A DNA stretch of 64,000 nucleotides from Macrostomum lignano (lineage: Eukaryota), in the NCBI GenBank assembly GCA_002269645.1, contig NIVC01001272.1:186001-250000 (forward strand), given 5' to 3'. Positions within the stretch are counted from its first letter, which is position 1, and every line of letters starts with the position of its first letter. This document shows positions 24,791 through 34,284 of this stretch, one piece after another. The notes under the pieces are model-generated. The model saw only the letters and a list, made by a program, of their open reading frames with translations, was not told the origin of the DNA and searched no databases. Both the position numbers and the translations under genes were made by a program.

Positions 24791-25858
24791 TAATCACTGC
24801 CATCATCAAAACAGATTTTTACCTATCGCATATGACTTTTTAACGTTGTATTATTACTATCAATTATCATCGGGTAATTCTGCCACTTGATTCTGCTATT
24901 TTTTACGTTATTTCCGTGCGATCCTTTGTTTGAACCGCATATGTTTTTTTTCAAAGATAGTTTTTGTTTATATATATATTTTTATTTACAATGTTCTAAC
25001 TGCTTATTCAGACAAATGTAACCAGGTGATGCTCCGTGCGAATTAGAGTTAACATAATAATCTGTCATGATGATTGCCTCGCGTCTGTCAGTCATTGACT
25101 CACTAAATGAATTTTCTATATTTTTGTTAGAATTTTACTAACTCGCCAATTTCTCTGTTTTGTAGATTTTTTCAAACCTGTCAGGCCAGCCTTAATAATA
25201 ACCCAAAAAGTGAAAAAAGTCGAAAAATCACCCAAAAAGTTATCTTGTTCCAGACTGTTCTACTGAAATAAAAGCTTGCAAAAGTTTCTATAAAAACAAC
25301 AATAAACCAAAAAAATTATGTTTTAATCAACTTGTTTTGACTTGGTTTCTTTTCTAGGACATTAGCAACTTGTTCAGAACGTTAGTATTACAAAAAAATG
25401 TTAGATTCATTGAAAACAACTCATTCGGTGACTCTTGAGACGTTTTAACGACTCAAAGGACTTTTGAGTCAGGAGCGCATCACGTGAGTTGCAGATTCGT
25501 AAATGAGTCGCAAAAAAGTCGTCTAAGAGTCGTCTTGTTAGCGCTTAATTTTCTACTAACTCAAGTAGACTAAATAGAGTTTTATAAATGCGAAATGCAA
25601 TTTTAAATAATTTATAAACTGACGCAGATGGCAGATGCTCCTTAGATGCAACTCAGTGATTTAACTGCGACTCTGGCATGGCATGGCATGGCATGGCATG
25701 ACGATAAAACGTCTCAAAATTACTACTAGGCGACTGACGTCTTTTTTGACGACTTATACCGCGAAATTTAGTCGTTTTAGACTCGTCTGAAGTCACTTCT
25801 TTTCTATTTTACTTGTGTCTACAGCAAACCCATATTAAACAACTCTGATTCCCATTTT

Positions 25859-28800
25859 CTGGCTCTGTTCCCAGCTTCCAATGATGCTGAGCTTGCTAAA
25901 TCCATAGCCGAACTGACTGCAAGTGTCAGCTCAGCTGCGACTGTTTATGACAGCTATCGGCCGGGTGACAATGCCGCTGCCGCAACTACCGCATCATCGG
26001 AGTTTCTGCCTCATTCCTCTTCAACAACTGCTGACAAAAAGCTAAAGAGAAAATACAAGAAAGACAAGAAAACTTCGAAAAAGAAGCCTAAGAGTGCAAA
26101 ACGAGAGCCAGATGACTCGGACAGCGAGTCCGTTACTGTCAGTGAGGTGCCAGAAAGCTTTGACATTGACCGAACTGGCAATGACAATATTAGAATTTAT
26201 GGCTGCCTCGCCAAGCTGCATCAACCGCAACTTCCTGGCGGGCATTGGCGGCGTCAGTTTGCCTTGAAATTTGACGGCTCTTGTCAGAAATTGCCGCAGC
26301 AACAATCCGAAGATCAGAAGGAAAAATCCGCATCCAGCAAAGACGTCATCAAAGCTTGGAGAAAGCGGCGCTACTTTGCTAAACGGCATAGAAAACTTCT
26401 ACCTTTGACTGAGACTTCTGTCCCGGACTCTGCCAATGCTCTTCCGCAGCTTGATGTCGCTGATTCATCGCAGAATTCCTCAGAAGAAACTCCTGACAGT
26501 CTGCTTCAATTAGCTGCTAAACAAGGTCGATTATTTCCGAATAATTCTCGGTTAGCAACTGAGCGGTGTCTGGCTATAGTTAAGCGAGGTCTGGAATTGT
26601 CGCCAGCTCATTTAGGCCTTCGAATGCTCGAAGCTCGAGTCGCTCTGCCGAGCTGGGATCGAGCTGAGGCTCTGCGCCGTCTATCAGATTTGACATTCAA
26701 ATATCCGAATTCCACAGTAGCTTGGCTGTGTCGGTTGCAGTTGTTGCGGTCCAGTTTAGAATTGTACAATCGTTCTCAGCAGTTGAGACTCTATGCAGAG
26801 GCATTCGCCACACTGACAGCTATTGCTGATGGCCGCATGCTGTCGCACAGAGCTTTGCCTGACTGTTGGGAGCATCTGCTAGTTCTGTTTCTTGATTACT
26901 GCCTGTATCTGGAGCGTTGCGGTCTCATTGAACGAGCGATTGCCTCGTTTCAAGCCATTATCGAGTTTAACTTGTGCCGACCAACATCTGCAGCGACTGC
27001 AGACGAATTTGAAGCATTCTGGAGCTCTGGGGCGCCTCGGTTCGGCGACGTGTCCAGTCGCGGTTGGAGAGGCGACTGTGCCAGCAGTGCAACAGTTGAT
27101 GCGGCTGATAGTGATGAGGGGTGAGGAAGAGGTTCTTCGATATCTGGGCTGCTAGATCCTTCGAGTGATTTTACTAGCAGATCATTTCACAGTACTGATA
27201 GCCGAAGCTAGCCAAGCTAGTTTATGGTCCTTAGTGGGCAGATGTGCAACCGACAGTTCAGCCGCAGCTATTGCGCGATGCATTTGAAGACTGTGTACAG
27301 CTGTTCAGTCCAAGGCCTTGGGTGGGGGAGTCGCCATACACCCTTAAGTACCCCAGCTGATGCTTGTAGACCTTTACAGCTGAGTGAACTGAGGCAATAC
27401 AGAGTTAATCAAGTGTCCTGCTTAGGAACACAAATTGTGTCGAATCGAACCCCTGAATTCAGTCGTAAGTCCGACGCTCTAACCACTAGGCTACAATCCC
27501 TACAATTGCTACAATCGCGATATCGCATGTTAACCTGGCATGGCTCTGTGTGAGCAGGACAGCCACACGTTAGCGACAAGCACAAATGACCTTAATTGAA
27601 CTCTCATTTCAGCTACTTCCTAGCTGCTCAAGAGTCATGCGACGATGAAGAAAGGAAACTGCTTCAGAATCATCTGGAAAACATTCAGTGCCAGGATGAA
27701 GAAGACAAAAACCAGCCGCCACTTGCCGAGCTGATGCTCGAATTCGAACGGATTCGCTGTCACTGGCTCTGGTATCCGTGCCGCAGGGAAAACGAGATTG
27801 AAGATCTCGACAGACTTGTAGCCTTTGACGATGTTCGAGCTTGTCTCATTCGACTGCCAACTGAACTGACGCCTCATCTTGTGGCGCTGTTTCTCCTGTT
27901 CTTGAGATGTCCTCAGCTAGAGCTGGACCAAGATTGCTGCAGTCTGTTGCATCGGCTGCAGACTGCTGTGGGGGATCAGCAACTGCTGGCTTCCGTGCTG
28001 ATGGGTGCTAGGTTTGTCTCCTTGATGTGTATTGCTCTCGCTTTGAGACTCATCACCCCAGCCTCAGCTAATCTACCAGACACTCACCCTGGCTCATTTA
28101 TCACCCCAACTCATCTACCAGACACTCACCCAGCTCATCTACCAGACACTCACCCCAGCTCATCCACCAGACACCCGCATCTCCCCTCAGATCCCGGATC
28201 CATTTCGGCGCCAACAGCGCCACCAGCGGCAGAGGCGAGCTTGGCGGATTTTATCGCACCGAACCGGCGCCAAATTGGCGCGACCTTCAAATGTTCCGAC
28301 TGCGTCTGTGCTGCCAAACCGCTACGGGTGGCAATTATTTCTCCGACTGTCTGAGCAGCCACAGCAGAGAAATGTTTGCTCGATTGGCTGTAGCGGAGGC
28401 TGCCTCAATCGATCAGCAGTTGCTGAGGCGAGTAGCCAAATCCCTGCTGCGAAGTCGACCGGACTGGAGCGTCTGGGCCGCGTTCGCTGCCGCTGACGCG
28501 AATTCGAATAGCAGTCGACGGACTTTTGATGGCGTGCTTGAGGGGCTGAAGTTTCCCGGCCTGTGCAGTGGGCTGGTGAGGAGTTTTTTACGGAACTGCT
28601 TAGCAACTGAGCTTAGCATAGTAACACCCCAGCAACCAATATGTTCATATCGACACCCTAGCAACCAGTGAATCGGCATAGCAACACATGAATTTGCATA
28701 GCGACACCCTAGCAACCCGTGAATTAGCATAACAACACCCTTAAAAATCACTCCCCATTTGCATAACGACACCCTAGCAACAGCTGTGTAAATAGCGTTA

Positions 28801-29430
28801 CCCTAGAAACTACTGTATCGGCATAGCAACGCCTTAGCAACCATTTCCAACTACTTATGGAACAAAAACCCACCAAATCCATCGCTCACAGGCCACTCCA
28901 GAACAATGCCAACAGGCCCTGTCAATCATTCTGGCAGCCGTCTGCTCCGAGCTGTCAATCAATCTGAGCTCACCGCCAGCCGGTGCAAAAACTGCCGACA
29001 GACTTCGGCGCTGTCTAAATCTGTCCGCTGCCGACAGGGACGCCTCGGATTCGGTGACTCGGGTTGCCAAGCTGCTCGCTCTGGCCGCTGGGTCCGCTGG
29101 CGTTGAATCGATCCAATACCAACTGGAGGTCGCGAGTTCGAGTCTGACCTCGGCTGGGCACCTGCTGATTCTGCATCTGGGCTTGATGAAGCCGCACTCT
29201 CTGCTGCTGGCCGGCGCTCCTAAGAAACTGATGGAGCGAGCCAAGAGAGCTGCCGAGGTGAGATGCGGCTGCATATTATCGCTTGACTACTTATGATGAT
29301 CAGTAGTATATGACGGGTCAGTGCTGTAATGACTATTGCTACCTACTACTACTGCTGCTACTACTACTACTATTACTACTACTACTGCTGCTACTACTAC
29401 TACTATTACTACTACTACTGCTGCTACTAC

Positions 29431-29478
<48 letters not shown>

Positions 29479-30424
29479 TACCCCGAAGGTCGAGGGTTCG
29501 AGTCCGGACTCGGCCGCCGCCATCTGTCTGCACCTGTTGGCGCAGCTTCGCCTCGCTCGCCACGGCAGCCTGGCCGAGCTGGGCGACCTCGCCGCCGACA
29601 CCCTGGAAGGCAGCCGGTGCAGCGGCCTCGGCGCCACTCACCGACTGTGCCGCCTGCTGATGACCTGCCTGGCCAACCCGCTCAGCCTCGGCCGGCTCCG
29701 CGCCCGCCTCGATCGACTGCCGCCGCAGCCAACGACGCTCGCCGTGTCGGCCGCCGTCGAAGTCGCCCGGCTGTCGAGTCTGGGCTGGCCGTCGGCTCGG
29801 AGCGACGCCTGCTGGACTCGCCTGGGCCGCCTGCTTGACCGAGCCGCCGCTGCCGCCGTCGAAGTTGGCGACGAGGTTGCCATGGCAACCATTTGGCGTC
29901 AGCGGTTGAGAATAAGTTTGCGCGACTGCTCAACCAGCGAGCTGATTGACATTTGGTCTCGAGGCCTGCAGGCCTGTCCGCACTGCAAGCTGCTCTGTCT
30001 GGACGGCCTGGCGATCGCCTTGAGGGCCGGCCGCGACTCTCCGGAAACCGGACAGCACCGGACACTTCTGGACAAGGTGTCCGACATCATGGTCGAGAAG
30101 GATGTCCGACAGCGAGTCCTGCCTGACGAGATTCTCATGCTGTGGGAGGCCGCAGCGGAAACCGCATCCGCCCACGCACCCGGTCCTGCATCCGCCCACG
30201 CATCCGGTGCCGCATCCGCCCACGCATCCGGTGCTGCATCCGCCCACGCATCCGGTGCCGCATCCGCCCACGCATCCGGTGCTGCATCCTCCCATGCATC
30301 CGGTGCCGCTGAGAATGCAGAAGCCATCCCAGTGGATCGTCAGAGTATCCGGTTCAGCATCCATCCGCCCCCATCAAGAGTTTGCCCTTCTCAAATGGCC
30401 AATTTCGAATCAATTTTTGATTAA
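25859..30424 (+). CDS. NRDE2: NRDE2 (nuclear RNAi/exosome regulator, HAT-repeat protein), about 1115 aa, 5 exons; start codon is CTG rather than ATG
   Basis: N-terminal ALFPA, LSH.ALP..E.L..LFL, FEAFWSSGAPRFGD...RGW, RRVAKSLL, C-terminal GLQACPHCK.L.LD..EKDVR.RVLPDEI. Exons 25859-27120, 27613-28011, 28191-28575, 28892-29257, 29489-30424 are in frame (3348 nt). Confidence 0.9.
27227..27501 (-). mobile_element. tRNA-derived SINE, copy C (NRDE2 intron 1)
   Basis: CAGATGTGCAACCGACAG..TTTACAGCTGAGTGAACTGAGGCAAT..TCCGACGCTCTAACC..AGGCTACAA matches the other copies. Confidence 0.82.
28060..28175. repeat. ~24-bp repeat (CACCCAGCTCATCTACCAGACACT) in NRDE2 intron 2
   Basis: About 4 imperfect copies. 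Confidence 0.8.
28615..28845. repeat. Degenerate GCATAGCGACACCCTAGCAAC repeats in NRDE2 intron 3
   Basis: Recurring CACCCTAGCAAC and GCATAGCAAC motifs. Confidence 0.7.
29335..29481. repeat. (TAC)n/(TGC) microsatellite in NRDE2 intron 4
   Basis: Direct reading; explains the poly-T, poly-L, poly-V and poly-S ORFs. Confidence 0.95.
30164..30306 (+). repeat. 24-bp in-frame coding repeat (ASAHASGA)n in the NRDE2 C-terminal extension
   Basis: GCATCCGCCCACGCATCCGGTGCY, about 6 copies. Confidence 0.85.
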
Positions 30425-30654
30425 ACTTGAATTGCCTTGAAGTTTGATAAATACGAGCTAATAGTGCATTTTCGGTAATCATTTATTAACATTGTGCATT
30501 TTATTCACGGCTAAATACATGCACATAAGCCTTATATAATTACTTCGAATAATTTCTTTGAATTTCTTGTTTTTTTTTACGAATTCGTTATCTATCAGAT
30601 AGGAGAGGCGGTATGGGGAGAGAGAGGGATAGTGTGAGGAGAGGGGGAGGCGGT

Positions 30655-30785
30655 GGGAAGGGAGGGAGAGCCGGTGCGAGAGGAGGGAGAGCCGGTGCGA
30701 GAGGAGGGAGAGCCGGTGCGAGAGGAGGGAGAGCCGGTGCGAGAGGAGGGAGAGCCGGTGCGAGAGGAGGGAGAGGCGGTGTGCA
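30655..30785. repeat. 21-bp repeat (GGAGAGCCGGTGCGAGAGGAG) between NRDE2 and RBM34
   Basis: About 5 perfect copies. Confidence 0.92.
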
Positions 30786-30871
30786 GTGAGATGAGAGACA
30801 AGATGCGCCCAAAATCCAGACACTCAGGTCCCCAACCTGACTCAATCAACTTCATTGATTTGCATGTCCAG

Positions 30872-32660
30872 ATGTCATCAGCCGAGGTCCCCCAGCCACC
30901 CGAGGACTCCTACTCAGCTGGCCAGCTAAGCAAGCTGCTGCAGTTTGGCTCCTCCGACCAAACCGACTCAACTCTGGTCAGCCTCTTCCAGCCCGCTCCG
31001 CCCCCGAGTGCCAGCAAGAAATCCACCGAATCCTTGAAGCAGAAATCCGTCTCCAAGCAGAAGCAGAAGCCATCAGCATCTTCGTCAGCAGCAGATGCGG
31101 AGTCGGCGGCAGCCAGTAGCGACCGAGCGGCAGCCAAGGCGCGCTCCAAGCTGGCCAAGCAGCGCGAGAAGGCGCGCCAAGAAGATCCCAGAAACGAGCG
31201 CACCGTGTTCGTTGGCAACGTGGCCTCGGCGGCGAAGAAGCGCGACCTGCTGCTGCTGTTCCGGGCTCACGGGCCCATCGAGTCCGTCCGGTTCCGCTCG
31301 GCTGCTCCAGCGGATGCCAACGTGGTGAAACGGCTGGCCGTCATTCACAAGAAGCTGTCCAGACCTTCACTCAATGCCTACGTTGTGTTCAAGGAGCCGC
31401 AGGCTGCTGTGAGCGCCGCGTCAGCTTTAAATGGCCACTGCTTGGCGGGACTGCACCTGAGGGTGGACCTGCTGGATGGACAGGCTGAGCGGGATGACAA
31501 GAAATGCGTCTTCTTAGGTGAGGTGGCGTTGACCTTTGGACAAATTAATTTGGGCTTCTTGCCCCGATTGACGCCCTACATCAGGGGTCGGCCAACTCTG
31601 GACCTTAAAGCCTCTCAATCGGGCCTCGGGTCCTTCGAAACTTGACAATAACAATCCGGCCCGCTCAAGGTTTGGTGTCTCTTCTCATCTCTCTCCTCTC
31701 TTCTTCTTCTTTCTTTTCTCTCCTTTACTCTCCCCTCTTATCTCTAATCTCATCTCTTTCCTCTCATCTCCTCACCTTTCTTCTTTCTTCTCATCTCTCT
31801 CCTCTCTTCTTCTTCTTTCTTTTCTCTCCTCTACTCTCCCCTCTCATTTCTCATCTCATCTCTCTCCTCTCATCTTCATTCTTTTCTCTCCTCTACTCTC
31901 CCCTCTCATCTCTAATCTCATCTCTCTCCTCTCATCTCCTCACCTTTCTTCTCTAATCTCATCTCTAATCTCATTTCCTCACCTTTCTTCTCTCTTCTCA
32001 TATCTCTCCTTTCTTCTCGCCTCTCATACGAGTATCTCATCTCCTTTTTCTTCTTCCTCCCCCATTCCATCTCCTTTCCACTCTCATCTGGCCCTTGAAA
32101 TCAAAAGTTTGCCGACCCCTGCGCCAAGGCATCAATCTGTACTTTAACAACCACTTAAAATTTAATAAAGCACTTCAAAATCTCTCCCCCGTTACCAAGG
32201 CAACCTGCACTTCAAATGCGACGAAGAGGCCGTCCGATTGGCCTTCGCCCAGTGCGGTCACGTGACCAACGTGCGTCTCGTCCGCGACTCCCGCACGGGC
32301 ATCGGTCGCGGCTTCGGCTTTGTGCAGTTCGCCGACGCCTCATCGGTCGAGCTGGCGCTGAAACTCGACGGCGCTGAGGTGGCCGGTCGTCAGGTTCGAG
32401 TCAGCCGCTGCTCTTCGGAGTCGGCGCAGAAGCGACGCACGGCGGCGTCAAGCAAACAGCGGAAGCAGCAGCAGCCAGAGAAGCAGCGGAAGCAGCCAGC
32501 TGGAAGCAACAACGCCAGCAAGAAGCCGACAAATGTCCAGCGTGCCCGGCCAACCAACAGGACTTTTGCCGACGCCTTTCAGCGCATGCTGGACAAGCGG
32601 AGATCGAAGCAGGCTGGCAAGAAGCCTGCGATGGCTGCTGGGAAGATTAAGAAGAAGTGA
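30872..32660 (+). CDS. RBM34: RBM34/Nop12-like nucleolar protein with two RRMs, about 368 aa, 2 exons
   Basis: RTVFVGNV..GPIESVRFRS..SLNAYVVFK (RRM1), KKCVFLGNL..RLVRDSRTGIGRGFGFVQF (RRM2). Exons 30872-31517 and 32200-32660 joined by a phase-1 intron; AATAAA near 32733. Confidence 0.88.
31675..32085. repeat. CT-rich low-complexity repeat with a duplicated block, RBM34 intron
   Basis: TCTCATCTCTCTCCTCT-type units. Confidence 0.85.
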
Positions 32661-33920
32661 CCGTCTGGTTGATACCGCAGTGAGATCTGAGCCTACCAAT
32701 CCAGTGTCATTTAACCTAGCTGCATTTGGTAAATAAAAACAAGTTTCAAGTTAATGTTGCTGAGAAAACACATACTGTCTTTACTATCTTTCCAAGTCTT
32801 ACTTTTCCTCTGTTCAGAAATGCTAAATGAAACTTGGAACGCGAAAAGGCATGCACCTCTTAAGTATTCAAGCCTGTATCCAAGGGTGTCAGACTGCATC
32901 ATCAGGCTCAGCGACATAAGCAGAATAGCAGCAGTTGGCAAAAGAGCATCGTCGGAGTATCGGAGTGATGAAGACAGTAAAAAGTCTGCTGAAACCTGTT
33001 GTCAAGTGCAAATGGTGTCGTTGAATCCAATGTTCAAACTTTGGAAACAACACGTGTAGGAGACTGGATGATACTTGAAGTGTAAAACTAGCAGGTTGTT
33101 CGTGGTAAAGAAAATCAGTGACCCATATTAGTGACTTTAACCTATGGCGTAATGACTATGATAATTCCATATACTTGGGTCTCTTGAATATCTGTGCATG
33201 AATTAACTGTTTCATTGCAAGTTATCTGGAAAAATCTTGCACTTTCATCGGAATTATTGCATATTAGAATTAGAATTAGAAATTAGAAACATGCGTGCGA
33301 TATTTATTTAACAAAACAGTCAACCCCCAACAAAATACAAGCCGCTCCAAGGCGGATCCACAAAAATGGTCATCTTTGGACAAAAAAATCCTGTAGATTC
33401 CCTTTTAAAGAATCGCAAAATTAAATTTCTGGGCTTTATAGACTCGATGAATGGACACCCCTCCCGATATGATTTAAAATTTCAACAACTCGACAAAATA
33501 TCAGGTGACACAATGATGCGAGTAAACTGATAAAAATACCGATGTGCAAGCACTACAGGCAGAAATACATGTAAATCAAAATGAGATCGTTTTGTAGTAA
33601 AAAGTGCCAAAATACTTGCTTCTGTTAGGTTAAGACTTATCTAGAAAAGTTAAATCAAACGCATTCAAGAACTCAAGGAGGACGTCAGTTCTTAACTCAA
33701 GTTCGTAAGAGCTTAACGACAACGGAATTTACAAAGCTTTTAGAACGGTCCCTGTCTATGCATGAGTCACTTCAGCTCTCGCGACTGTGTGGTTTACCAT
33801 ATTTACCGCAGCCCGGGATATTATACCCGAGAATCCGCAGGTACAAATGAGAATTATTAACCATGCAGTAAAAAAAATATAAACAATTAAAGCTGACAGC
33901 CAGGTTGATTTGTGACTTAC

Positions 33921-34262
33921 TTGTAGGAAGCCAACTAAAAAGGATAACAAAAAGAAAAACAAAACGCAGTTGCCATACAGAATGTATTTAGCAGACGAGT
34001 TGCGGCCCAGGACGCTTCCTCTGGCGCGGCGAGCGCGATGCTTGCGAACGGCTGCCACCAGGCACTCCTTGCCAATTGCAAATCCGTAGCGCCGGGACTT
34101 CTGCGCTAAGAAGACCAGGGACGACAGGCAGCAAAGGCAGCTGAACAGCGCAACGAAGTTGAACCTTACGGGTCGGTCTCTTCCAAACTGGTCCTCATCG
34201 GTGCTTTCTGGACCAGGAAGCGCTCGCACTGTCCTTCGGAAGCTCGTTTCAACCAGGGACTG
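33921..34262 (-). CDS. Putative downstream exon of ANK-cGLR1 (C-terminal tail with hydrophobic segments)
   Basis: Phase-0 donor TCG|GTGAGT at 34371 and phase-0 acceptor ATTCTCTTGCAG| at 34263; the frame stays open to a GTAAGT donor at 33920. Internal splicing is ambiguous. Confidence 0.45.
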
Positions 34263-34284
34263 CTGCAAGAGAATCGGCAATCAC

